From positions 224,001 to 288,000 of the forward strand of contig CP010425.1 in the NCBI GenBank assembly GCA_000830295.1: a stretch of 64,000 nucleotides of DNA, in the 5' to 3' direction. Numbering within the stretch: the stretch's first letter is position 1; every line of letters starts with the position of its first letter. Source of the DNA: an archaeon GW2011_AR15 (GTDB lineage: Archaea > Nanobdellota > Nanobdellia > Woesearchaeales > GW2011-AR15). The position numbers and the translations under genes are program-made. Below, one piece after another: positions 11,432 through 19,855 of this stretch. Under the pieces are notes generated by a model. That model saw nothing but the letters and a program-made list of their open reading frames with translations, was not told the DNA's origin and searched no databases.

Positions 11432-11674
11432 ATGTCAGAGCTGGAAGAGATTACAGAAATTCTACAGGAACTGCTGGATGATACCACAGTGCCTAAAAAT
11501 GTCAAGACAAAGATTCAGCAGATAATTGATTCCCTCAACCAGAAGACTGAGCTTTCTCTGAGAGTCAACAAGGCGCTGAGCCTGCTGGATGAAATATCTG
11601 ACGACAACAACATACAGCCTTACACAAGAACCCAGATATGGAATGTTGCTTCAATACTAGAATCCATTAATTAG
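11432..11674 (+). CDS. UPF0147 family protein
   Basis: DTTVPKNVK...LDEISDDNNIQPYTRTQIWNVAS. Confidence 0.9.
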   Translation: MSELEEITEILQELLDDTTVPKNVKTKIQQIIDSLNQKTELSLRVNKALSLLDEISDDNNIQPYTRTQIWNVASILESIN

Positions 11675-12257
11675 GCTTTTCAGGAGATTTTGGTGCTCTC
11701 TTCTTTATCCTAATGCTTGACTTCACGACAGTAGCATTAGGGATGTATATTATATCGCCTGACTTGGTTCTTATTTTCACCTGGAAAAGATCAACATTCT
11801 CTATCTCCCCTTTTATTCCAGCTATCTCAACATGTGCCCCTTCTTTAAGTCCTTCTTTCCTGTAGAGCAATGTGCCTGCTATGAGGTTCGGGATGAAATC
11901 CCTGACTGCAAGGAAAAAAGACACTGCTATGACTATCGTCAGCAGGACAGACAGCATATAGACTATATAGCCTGCAACCCCAAGCTGGTCGAGCGCAGCT
12001 ATGAATGCGATAAAATAGATTATGTATGCCAGCACTGAGCTTATGAAACTGTCAGCATTGATTTTAAGTCCTGTGTACTCCCTGATTATCTTATTCAGCT
12101 CAACTTCGCTAAGCGCCTTGTATGCAAACCTTTCAACAATCTTACCTATTATCAGCCCGAATATAAATGTAAGGACTGCGAGGGCTATCGTTATCAGCGT
12201 AGCGTTGACTACTGAAAGTGCGCCTCTGAGGTCTGCAAATGGTATCTGGAATATCAT
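11667..12257 (-). CDS. small MscS-family mechanosensitive channel protein
   Basis: TM helices then RDFIPNLIAG...GIKGEI...IYIPN. Confidence 0.8.
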   Translation of the reverse strand: MIFQIPFADLRGALSVVNATLITIALAVLTFIFGLIIGKIVERFAYKALSEVELNKIIREYTGLKINADSFISSVLAYIIYFIAFIAALDQLGVAGYIVYMLSVLLTIVIAVSFFLAVRDFIPNLIAGTLLYRKEGLKEGAHVEIAGIKGEIENVDLFQVKIRTKSGDIIYIPNATVVKSSIRIKKRAPKSPEKPN

Positions 12258-12279
12258 TTTAGATTAGGGATATTTCATC

Positions 12280-12918
12280 TTATTTATTTTTATCTGTTCT
12301 GAGGGGGACAAACATGAAAGAGCCATGGTTCTCCCCTATTAGCTCACTCCCTTTTTTTCTTATTTTTATCATTGCCTGGCCTGTGTGCTGCTCGCCGAGG
12401 GGGAAAACAAGTATGCCTGTGCCCTTAAGCTGCTCTATCCATTCCTGCTTTAATTCAGGAGCAGCCGCAGTAACTATGATCCTGTCATACGGCGCTTCTT
12501 TTGCATATCCCCTGCTGCCGTCTGCCTCCACTACTGCCACGTTCTTTATGCTTGCTTTTTCAAGATTCTTTGCTGCGGTTTCTGCAAGCTCAGGAATTAT
12601 CTCAGTAGCTGTTATCTTTCCTTCTTTTCCTACAATCGTTGACATCACAGCGGCATTATAGCCGCTCCCCGCACCTACTTCAAGCACTTTAAGGCCTTTT
12701 TTCAGCTCAAGCAGCTCAATCATGAAGGCAACTGTGTACGGCTGGCTTATTGTCTGGCCATGCCCTATGTAGAGGGGATAGTTTGCATAAGCCTCTTCCA
12801 TATATCCCCGGGGGATGAACAATTCTCTTTTTGTCTTTCCCACAGCATCAAGGACTTTCCTGTCTTTTATGCCCATCCCGATGAGCTCTTTAACCAGGCT
12901 TTCTTTTGTGTATGCCAT
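12280..12918 (-). CDS. pcm: protein-L-isoaspartate O-methyltransferase
   Basis: GQTISQPY, VLEVGAGSGY, APYDRIIVTAA. Confidence 0.95.
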   Translation of the reverse strand: MAYTKESLVKELIGMGIKDRKVLDAVGKTKRELFIPRGYMEEAYANYPLYIGHGQTISQPYTVAFMIELLELKKGLKVLEVGAGSGYNAAVMSTIVGKEGKITATEIIPELAETAAKNLEKASIKNVAVVEADGSRGYAKEAPYDRIIVTAAAPELKQEWIEQLKGTGILVFPLGEQHTGQAMIKIRKKGSELIGENHGSFMFVPLRTDKNK

Positions 12919-12972
12919 ATACCCAGGTAATCAGTAAAAACATATAAATACTTTCTTGGATTTTCCAGAGCC

Positions 12973-13854
12973 ATGGATGAGAGGGAGAAATATATTGAGG
13001 CCGGAAGGATAGCAGGCACTGCACTGAAATATGGGGGGAATATGATAAAAGTCGGAGCTTCCATGCTAGAAGTGACTGAAAAAGTCGAGGAAAAGGTTCT
13101 GGACCTTGGCGGAGAGTTCGCTTTCCCTCCGCAGATTTCACTTAATGAGATTGCTGCACACTACTGTGCAGAGCCGGATGACAAAATAGTTTTCAGAAAA
13201 GGGGATGTTGCAAAGCTTGACGTGGGCGTGATGATAGACGGATATATCGGGGATAATGCGCTTACTGTTGATTTAGGTGACAATGAAAAGATTGTGAAAG
13301 CCGCCAGGGAAGGGCTGAACAATGCCCTGAAGCTTGTAGGTCCGGGAGTGGCAATTTCAGATATCGGGAGGGCAATACAGGACACAATAACAAAATACGG
13401 CTTTGCTCCTGTGAGGAACCTTTCAGGCCACGCCCTCAGCCAGTATGTGTATCATGATTCCCCGAGCATCCCGAATTTTGACACAGGGGACAAGACAAGA
13501 CTGGAAAGGGGTATGGTGATTGCAATAGAGCCTTTCGCATCTACGGGAGCAGGCATAATATTTGAGAGCTCCAATGCAAATATATTCTCAATGAAGCAGA
13601 AAAAGCCTGTCAGGAACATGATAACAAGGCAGGTGCTGAAAGAGATAGAATCATTCAAAGATATGCCCTTCACAACAAGGTGGCTGACAAAAAAATTCCC
13701 AGAGCCGAAAGTCAATTTTGCGCTGAGGGAGCTAATGCAGCAGGATATGCTGAACAGCTATCCTCCTCTTCCTGACAGGGACGGAGGATTAGTGAGCCAG
13801 GCAGAGCACACGGTAATTGTGGATGATGATCCTATAATCACAACTAAGATTTAA
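12973..13854 (+). CDS. map: methionine aminopeptidase type II
   Basis: AAHY, KLDVG, GYIGDNA, NLSGH, AIEPF, QAEHT. Confidence 0.95.
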   Translation: MDEREKYIEAGRIAGTALKYGGNMIKVGASMLEVTEKVEEKVLDLGGEFAFPPQISLNEIAAHYCAEPDDKIVFRKGDVAKLDVGVMIDGYIGDNALTVDLGDNEKIVKAAREGLNNALKLVGPGVAISDIGRAIQDTITKYGFAPVRNLSGHALSQYVYHDSPSIPNFDTGDKTRLERGMVIAIEPFASTGAGIIFESSNANIFSMKQKKPVRNMITRQVLKEIESFKDMPFTTRWLTKKFPEPKVNFALRELMQQDMLNSYPPLPDRDGGLVSQAEHTVIVDDDPIITTKI

Positions 13855-15139
13855 GCCTGGAGATTATTTTTTCTGTGCTGAGTGCTTCTTCTTTTCCGGA
13901 TTTCATATCCCTGAGATTCAGCTTGCCGCTGGCCAATTCCCTTTCCCCGACTATAAGGGCATAAGGTATGCCATAGGAATTCGCAAATGCAAGGTTTTTG
14001 CTTATGCCCCTGTTAAGAAGGTCGATGTCCGTGTTTATGCCTGCTTCCCTGAGCTCCTGGGCAATACTGAGCGATTCCTTCACAGTTTTTATAGGGATAA
14101 CATATACTTTTGCAACTGACTTCTCATCAAGCCTGTCTTTTTCCCTTAGGGCCTCTGTTATGACATCTACGCCGAATGAAATTCCTGTTGCAGGAATCTC
14201 TTCCTGTTTCCCAAGGTAATTCCCTATAAGCCTGTCATATCTCCCTCCGCCTGCAACTGAGCTTGTGATTGAGGACTTGTTAAGGAATATCTCGAAAATC
14301 GGGCCAGTGTAATACGCAAGCCCTCTTGCAAGGGAAGGATTGAAAACTGCAGTCTTTACATTTAAGTCCTTGAGATAACCCAGAAGCTCGTTCATCTCTT
14401 CTATCCCCTGCTTTCCCTCTGCGCTTTTTATTGTCTTTTCAAGTTTTTTCAGGGTTGCGCTGCTGTCTTTTTCCGGAGAGAGCGTGTCAAGTATAAATTC
14501 TGCCTTATCTTTTTTCATTCCGTTTGCAGTAAGCTCTTTTTCAACTTCCTTTTTCCCGATTTTTTTCAGCTTGTCGATTGACACTGTAACAGAAAACCAG
14601 TCTTTCTCTTTTACTCCGGCATCCGTAAGCACGCCGTCCAGTATTTTCCTGTTGTTCAGCTCTATGTAAAAATCAAATTTAAGTTTCCTGAAAGCTGAGT
14701 CTGCCAGTGCAAGTATCTCTGCATCTGCTATCATCTCCCTGCAGCCGACTATGTCAGGGTCAAACTGGGTGAACTGCCTGTATCTCCCAGTCTTTATGGG
14801 CCCGTCCCTGAAAACCTCTCCTGCCATGTACTTCTTGAAAGGCATCTTTACATTGGGGTTCATTGCAATGTATCTTGAGAAAGGGACTGTAAGGTCAAAC
14901 CTCAGCCCGAGCTTCCTGTCTCCCTGGTCTGTCAATCTGAAAATCTCTTTCAGTGCATCTGACTCCTCGCCTGCTGCAAACTTTGCCGCCAGTGTCTCGT
15001 ATTTCTCAATTATGGGCGTTTCAACAGGGTTGAACCCGTAATTCTCGCATGTCTCCTTGAGTACTTTGATTATCTTGTCCCTGAGTATTTTTTCCTCAGG
15101 CGAAAAGTCCCTTGTCCCTTTTGCATTATCCAGCTCCAT
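13844..15139 (-). CDS. hisS: histidine--tRNA ligase
   Basis: AKGTRDF, LRFDLTVP, GRYRQFTQFD, LARGLAYYTG, GGGRYD. Confidence 0.96.
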   Translation of the reverse strand: MELDNAKGTRDFSPEEKILRDKIIKVLKETCENYGFNPVETPIIEKYETLAAKFAAGEESDALKEIFRLTDQGDRKLGLRFDLTVPFSRYIAMNPNVKMPFKKYMAGEVFRDGPIKTGRYRQFTQFDPDIVGCREMIADAEILALADSAFRKLKFDFYIELNNRKILDGVLTDAGVKEKDWFSVTVSIDKLKKIGKKEVEKELTANGMKKDKAEFILDTLSPEKDSSATLKKLEKTIKSAEGKQGIEEMNELLGYLKDLNVKTAVFNPSLARGLAYYTGPIFEIFLNKSSITSSVAGGGRYDRLIGNYLGKQEEIPATGISFGVDVITEALREKDRLDEKSVAKVYVIPIKTVKESLSIAQELREAGINTDIDLLNRGISKNLAFANSYGIPYALIVGERELASGKLNLRDMKSGKEEALSTEKIISRLKS

Positions 15140-15204
15140 TATTATCACCTTTGTTTTATTGTTTTATATAGTTTTTGTAGTTTTTGAAAAAAATAAAAAA
15201 TAAG

Positions 15205-16050
15205 TTAGTGGATTGATGCCCTCTCGTTTGATGTGCACACATAACCGGGAGCATCTGCTGCTTTTGTTTCTACCCTCATAGGCCTGCTTCCTGCACTATA
15301 CTCGTCTTTATCCAGCACCCTGACCAGCAAAGAGCACAGGCCTTTTTCAGGGTCAGCACCAAGAGTTACCTGTCCTGTCGGCAGATATGTCACCATGTTT
15401 ATGGCCTGATTAACTTCATCCGGCACAATGACTCTCGGATTTGGCGTGGACCTGAGAAACACAGGCCATAGAGTAGCAGAGCGGCCGTAAAGGGTTATCC
15501 CTGTAATGTTCTCGATAAGCTGCTCTTCCCATTCCGGCTCGGAAAGGATATAATCATACAATTCTTTCCTTACTTCCCCTGTACCTCCCTCTTCATTGCA
15601 GGCAATATAGGAATACTCCTGGCTGGCAGGGCTATAACTCCCTGAAGTCACCAGACCTACCCGGATTGCCCTCCTCAACAGCTGCCGGCACGCATCTATA
15701 TCCTCTTTGGATTCTTCTCCCCATTTGTATGAATTGGCTGCCATACGGCCAACCACAATAGGGTTTGGTATCCTGATATTGCTGGAACCGTTTCTTGCCA
15801 TACTTAGCCAGTCATCGTAAGACTGAATCTCCCTGACAAGAATGTCGTTTTCCTGAATAAGTTCTTTTTTCTCCAGTTTTTCCAGAGTTTTGTCATCAAT
15901 ATCCCCTCTTAATAGAAGAGAAGGATAGAGAACAACATCTCTTGGTCCTGACATTATAAATCTGTAGAACTCCGGGAAAAGAAAGGGCTGATTCTCTCCT
16001 CCATCCAATTCCGAAGCTATTTCTCTTGTTGTATTGATTTGTTTTACCAT
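15205..16050 (-). CDS. hypothetical protein
   Basis: 281-aa ORF with SD GGAGATGA; no motif recognised. Confidence 0.7.
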   Translation of the reverse strand: MVKQINTTREIASELDGGENQPFLFPEFYRFIMSGPRDVVLYPSLLLRGDIDDKTLEKLEKKELIQENDILVREIQSYDDWLSMARNGSSNIRIPNPIVVGRMAANSYKWGEESKEDIDACRQLLRRAIRVGLVTSGSYSPASQEYSYIACNEEGGTGEVRKELYDYILSEPEWEEQLIENITGITLYGRSATLWPVFLRSTPNPRVIVPDEVNQAINMVTYLPTGQVTLGADPEKGLCSLLVRVLDKDEYSAGSRPMRVETKAADAPGYVCTSNERASIH

Positions 16051-16069
16051 TTTTCATCATCTCCTTGTT

Positions 16070-16471
16070 TTATTTTTTGTATTCCGGAGAAGGGCATTCT
16101 CCTATCTGCTCTGCATTCATTATAATATAGCCTAGCAGTGTTGTACTTATCCTATACTCACAGCCTTCCTGAAGGGGTTTATCATACAGGAAAAAGCCGC
16201 CCACAGGTTTCCCCTGAAGATCAATCTCCTGCCCTACCACTCTAACTATCCCGTCAGGGCCGAGGACACTATAATCAGCATATCGGAACTCGGAATACCA
16301 GCCCCTATCCATTAGGTATGCCCTTGTCGTATCTTCCCTGCCTATTACCCTCCCTTCAATATTTCTCAGGGGGAGAGTAACAAGGCATGCTGCTGCAATA
16401 GCAAGTCCTGCTGCTGATATGAGTAATTTGTCCTCTATGCTTATTTTATTTAGTTTAGCTAATGTTTTCAT
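16070..16471 (-). CDS. hypothetical protein with N-terminal TM anchor
   Basis: Hydrophobic LLISAAGLAIAAACLVTL; SD GGAG 9 nt before ATG 16471. Confidence 0.65.
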   Translation of the reverse strand: MKTLAKLNKISIEDKLLISAAGLAIAAACLVTLPLRNIEGRVIGREDTTRAYLMDRGWYSEFRYADYSVLGPDGIVRVVGQEIDLQGKPVGGFFLYDKPLQEGCEYRISTTLLGYIIMNAEQIGECPSPEYKK

Positions 16472-16473
16472 TC

Positions 16474-16548
16474 TCATCATCTCCGCCGCTTAATGCCCGG
16501 CCGGCGCTTTGGTTATCTAATTAACAAAACCAGGACTGGAGATGATGA
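16474..16548. repeat. 11-bp perfect inverted repeat enclosing two small hairpins
   Basis: TCATCATCTCC 16474-16484 / GGAGATGATGA 16538-16548; inner GCCG/CGGC and GGTT/AACC stems. Confidence 0.75.
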
Positions 16549-16574
16549 TGCACTCGAGAACGAAAATAGTTGAG

Positions 16575-16646
16575 GGCGACAGGCGAGAATCGAACTCGCG
16601 TCTTAGGATCCACAGTCCCAAATTCTGCCACTAAACTACCGTCGCC
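16575..16646 (-). tRNA. tRNA-His(GTG) with genome-encoded G-1
   Basis: G-GCGACGG...TGGGA-CT-GTG-GA-TCCTA...GTTCGATTC...CTGTCGC-C; G-1:C73. Confidence 0.95.
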
Positions 16647-16647
16647 A

Positions 16648-17331
16648 TTAAACATCAGAATCACCCTTAACAGAATATTCTACAGTTGCCTCGGCTAAAA
16701 TCTGAAGTGTGTCATACAATTTTAAATCCGAATCTTTCTGGCTTATCAAAAGAGGAAGCTCTGTGCACCCCAATATAACTGCATCGCATCCCTTTCCTCT
16801 AAATTGAGAAATTATTTTCAAAATAGATTTTTTATCAGACTCAAGTTTTTTCCCTGCAAGGATATTCAGGATAATCTTAGTTATTTTTTCCTGCTGTTTC
16901 GCGGTCGGGAGTTCAGAAGTTTTTCCGAGATTGCTTAGTTTTTTCTGGTATACCCCGGAATTAATAGTCTGCCTTGTTCCAAGTATCCCGGTTTTTCCTG
17001 AACCAATTTCCTCCAGTGTTTCATCCACTATGCTCAGAAAAGGCAGTCTGAAATCAAGAGAGGAAAAAAGTGTGCCTGCTGAATTGCATGGGCTCACGAT
17101 AAATTCAGCGCCAACAGCTGTAAGCTTATCAACTCCTTTCTGGAGTGAATTAATTACTTTAGGGTCTGTCGTTCTTACAATCTCAGGCAGAGGAAGGTTA
17201 TAGATGAATATCTCAGGGTAATCAAAATCATTTGCACAGCCATATTCTCTCTGGAATATGCTGATAATTCTTTTATAGAATTCCGCAGTTGCCTCTGGCC
17301 CCATGCCGCCAAGAATGCCAATTGCTCTGAT
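16648..17331 (-). CDS. aspartate/glutamate racemase family protein (probable non-ATG start)
   Basis: IGILGGMGPEAT, SPCNSA and LGCTELP catalytic Cys pair; family N-terminus begins at ATC 17331, 9 nt after GGAG; alternative start TTG 17361. Confidence 0.88.
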   Translation of the reverse strand: MRAIGILGGMGPEATAEFYKRIISIFQREYGCANDFDYPEIFIYNLPLPEIVRTTDPKVINSLQKGVDKLTAVGAEFIVSPCNSAGTLFSSLDFRLPFLSIVDETLEEIGSGKTGILGTRQTINSGVYQKKLSNLGKTSELPTAKQQEKITKIILNILAGKKLESDKKSILKIISQFRGKGCDAVILGCTELPLLISQKDSDLKLYDTLQILAEATVEYSVKGDSDV

Positions 17332-17337
17332 GACGTA

Positions 17338-17442
17338 AATCTCCAGACTGGTTACTGGCAATGCCTCTGGAACTGGAATCCGGCTTAGTTAAAATAGACG
17401 TAGAACTACTGACAATGAATACAATCTTCAGGCTGGTTACTG
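17338..17442. repeat. 20-bp imperfect direct repeat in racemase leader
   Basis: aatctccagactggttactg 17338-17357 vs aatcttcaggctggttactg 17423-17442 (2 mismatches). Confidence 0.8.
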
Positions 17443-17450
17443 ATTCTCAT
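17406..17450 (-). CDS. putative leaderless uORF MRISNQPEDCIHCQ
   Basis: ATG 23 nt downstream of TTTTATATA box; 14 codons + TAG. Confidence 0.45.
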   Translation of the reverse strand: MRISNQPEDCIHCQ

Positions 17451-17473
17451 AGCAGATGGGAATGTTTAACTGG

Positions 17474-17529
17474 TATATAAAACTTTTGTGATTTGTAACT
17501 TACAAGTGAATATTAGAAAAGTTTAAATA
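17474..17529. promoter_or_regulatory. divergent archaeal BRE/TATA promoters
   Basis: Minus strand aaaagTTTTATATA (TATA at 17482-17474); plus strand gaaaagTTTAAATA (TATA at 17522-17529); each followed by an ATG after 23 nt. Confidence 0.7.
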
Positions 17530-17552
17530 AAATAGTATTATTTCTTTCTCCC

Positions 17553-17603
17553 ATGCACAAGCCAGCAGCACAAAGCAAGTATTCTTATTACTATTATTGC
17601 TAG
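17553..17603 (+). CDS. Tyr-rich leader peptide MHKPAAQSKYSYYYYC (putative attenuator uORF of phhA)
   Basis: ATG CAC AAG CCA GCA GCA CAA AGC AAG TAT TCT TAT TAC TAT TAT TGC TAG, at the expected transcription start. Confidence 0.75.
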   Translation: MHKPAAQSKYSYYYYC

Positions 17604-17655
17604 CTGAACCTTTCCCTTTCTGAATAAAGCATGGGAACTAGGTTCCGGTGTGCAT
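17603..17655 (+). promoter_or_regulatory. putative attenuator hairpin between the Tyr uORF and phhA
   Basis: GAACCT-TTCCC (17606-17616) pairs GGGAA-CT-AGGTTC (17633-17645); alternative GGAAC-TAG-GTTCC hairpin; ACCTTT can pair with SD GGAGGT (17672-17677). Confidence 0.6.
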
Positions 17656-17683
17656 TTCTAAAAAACTATTCGGAGGTATTAAA

Positions 17684-18451
17684 ATGAACTTTACAAATGA
17701 ACAAAACAAAACATGGAGAACGCTTTTTGCCAGATTGAGGCCTGTTGTAGAGGAGCACGCCTGCTCGGATTACTTAGCTGGATTCAGAAATCTGAAAATG
17801 GATCCGGAAAGAATCCCTTCGGTGGAGGAACTAAATGAACAGATTGCGCCGAGAACTGGCTGGAAAATCGAGAGGACAAAAGTGAGATACAGTGATGCTG
17901 TGCCTTGGTACTTGAAATTTTCAGAGAGGATATTCATGATAACAGATTATATGAGAACTTGGGAAGAGCTTGATTTTACTCCAGAGCCTGACATGTTCCA
18001 CGACATATTCGGCCACCTGCCTTTCATGACGCTGAAGCAATACACAGCCATACAGGACATGTTCGCCCCTGCTTTCATAAGGGCGACTCTTGAGGAGCAG
18101 GAAAACATAAAGAGGCTGGCATGGTTCAGCACTGAGTTCGGGCTGATAAAGGAAAACGGGGAGGTAAAAATATTCGGGGCGGGAATAATGTCCTCAAAAG
18201 GCGAGATAGAAAATGTAGTATCCGGAAAAGTCCCCATTCTCCCTTTCACAATAGAGAACGTGCTGAAAAGGAACAAGGCAATCTACAGCTTCAACAAGGA
18301 GCTTTTTATCTTCAATTCAGTTGAAGAGCTGAAGCAGGAACTCGGGAAATACTTTGACCCTATTGCAGCAAGAGAAAAGATAATAATCCAGAGAAAAGAA
18401 AAGATTGTGGACAGGGAGCTGAAAGACCTGAAGAGACCTATATTTCCCTGA
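17684..18451 (+). CDS. phhA: phenylalanine 4-monooxygenase (pterin-dependent aromatic amino acid hydroxylase)
   Basis: TPEPDMFHDIFGHLP and WFSTEFGL (His-His-Glu iron triad), GAGIMSS; SD GGAGGT. Confidence 0.9.
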   Translation: MNFTNEQNKTWRTLFARLRPVVEEHACSDYLAGFRNLKMDPERIPSVEELNEQIAPRTGWKIERTKVRYSDAVPWYLKFSERIFMITDYMRTWEELDFTPEPDMFHDIFGHLPFMTLKQYTAIQDMFAPAFIRATLEEQENIKRLAWFSTEFGLIKENGEVKIFGAGIMSSKGEIENVVSGKVPILPFTIENVLKRNKAIYSFNKELFIFNSVEELKQELGKYFDPIAAREKIIIQRKEKIVDRELKDLKRPIFP

Positions 18452-19778
18452 GGTTTTCCATAACCTCGCTGAGAGTAGGATGGATATGGATCATCTTCTG
18501 CAGTGTTGAGACTGTCGCGCCCGCATTCATGAGTGCAACAAATTCATGAATGATGTCGTCTGCATTAGGCCCAGCTATCTCTGCGCCTATTATTTTTTTG
18601 TCTTTTTTGCTGAAAAGAATTTTCACCTGGCCGTTTTGCTCCTCTATTATCCTTGCCCTTCCCACATTGCTGAAATCAGCTTTCAAAATACCATAGCTGA
18701 TCTTTTTTTCTTTTGCAGATTTTTCATTCAGCCCGATCCCTGCAACAGGCAGGCTGGTGAATATCGCCCATGGCACTAATGAGAAATCCATTGCTGTTTT
18801 TTTTGATTCAAATATATTACTCAGGACAATCTTTGTTTCCCTCTTTGCTGCGTGGGCAAACATCGCCTTTCCTGTAACATCGCCTATTGCATAGATATTT
18901 TTGTTTGTTGTCTGCAGGAACTCATTTACCTTTATGCCTCTCCCCTCCAGCTCTATTCCTGCTACAGCGAGGTTCAGGAATTCGGTGTTGGGAACTCTGC
19001 CTGTTGCGACAAGCACTGCTTCTGCCTTGACTGACCTGCCCTTGTCAAATACAACTCTTTTCAGCTTTCCCTCTTTCCTGACTTCATGTATTGTGAATCC
19101 AGTATGCAGGTCAACATTTCTCTTCCTGTAATATTCTTCCACTATGCTTATTGTGTCAGCATCCAGCATATTGAGAATATCAGGCAGCCTTTCTATCACT
19201 GTTACCTTGCTTCCCAAACCTGCAAAAAAACTTGTGAATTCCATTGAGATGTAGCCGCCTCCGATCATCACTATCGACTTCGGAAGTTTTTTCAGATTCA
19301 GGATTGAGACATTATCCAGATAATCTATTTTGTCAAGGCCCGCTATTGGAGGCACAATGTTTCTTGAGCCTGCTGCAATAATAATCTTTTCTGCCTGTAT
19401 CTTCTCCTTTCCCGCCATAATAGTATTATTATCTATGAATTTTGCTTTTGCCTTAAAAAGAACTATATTCTTATTTTTTTTCTGGGCTTTCTCTATATGT
19501 TCCCTTCCCTCTTTCACTATGGCATTGACTCGAGCCATGAGCTTCTTAAAATTCAGCCGGGAAGTTGCTGTTATGCCGTACCTTGCTAAATCCCTAGACT
19601 GGAAATAAAGATGGGATGCATACAGCATTGCCTTTGTAGGAATGCAGCCGTTGTTAAGGCATGTCCCACCAAGATTACCGGGCTCTATAAGCGCAACTTT
19701 TACCTTTTTAGAAGCATGCGCTGCAGCCCGCCATCCGGAAGTCCCGCCGCCTATTATTGCAAGCTTAAATGCTTTCAT
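18438..19778 (-). CDS. flavin disulfide oxidoreductase (dihydrolipoyl dehydrogenase/MerA/RclA family)
   Basis: IIGGGTSG, GGTCLNNGCIPTK, IGGGYI, YAIGDV, HIHPTLSE. Confidence 0.9.
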   Translation of the reverse strand: MKAFKLAIIGGGTSGWRAAAHASKKVKVALIEPGNLGGTCLNNGCIPTKAMLYASHLYFQSRDLARYGITATSRLNFKKLMARVNAIVKEGREHIEKAQKKNKNIVLFKAKAKFIDNNTIMAGKEKIQAEKIIIAAGSRNIVPPIAGLDKIDYLDNVSILNLKKLPKSIVMIGGGYISMEFTSFFAGLGSKVTVIERLPDILNMLDADTISIVEEYYRKRNVDLHTGFTIHEVRKEGKLKRVVFDKGRSVKAEAVLVATGRVPNTEFLNLAVAGIELEGRGIKVNEFLQTTNKNIYAIGDVTGKAMFAHAAKRETKIVLSNIFESKKTAMDFSLVPWAIFTSLPVAGIGLNEKSAKEKKISYGILKADFSNVGRARIIEEQNGQVKILFSKKDKKIIGAEIAGPNADDIIHEFVALMNAGATVSTLQKMIHIHPTLSEVMENLREI

Positions 19779-19855
19779 TATGAAAACTAATAGTAGAAAG
19801 ATTTAAATAGTTTTTTCCATGCCGGTATAGGTTAATAAAAAGGAGGAAAAAGACT

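Noticed and set aside
16538-16570. Possible fluoride riboswitch (GGAGATG start)
   Set aside because: Downstream conserved elements and pseudoknot are absent, and no crcB-type gene follows on that strand.
17648-17683. GTG start for phhA
   Set aside because: It lies in the leader structure; ATG 17684 has a proper SD GGAGGT.
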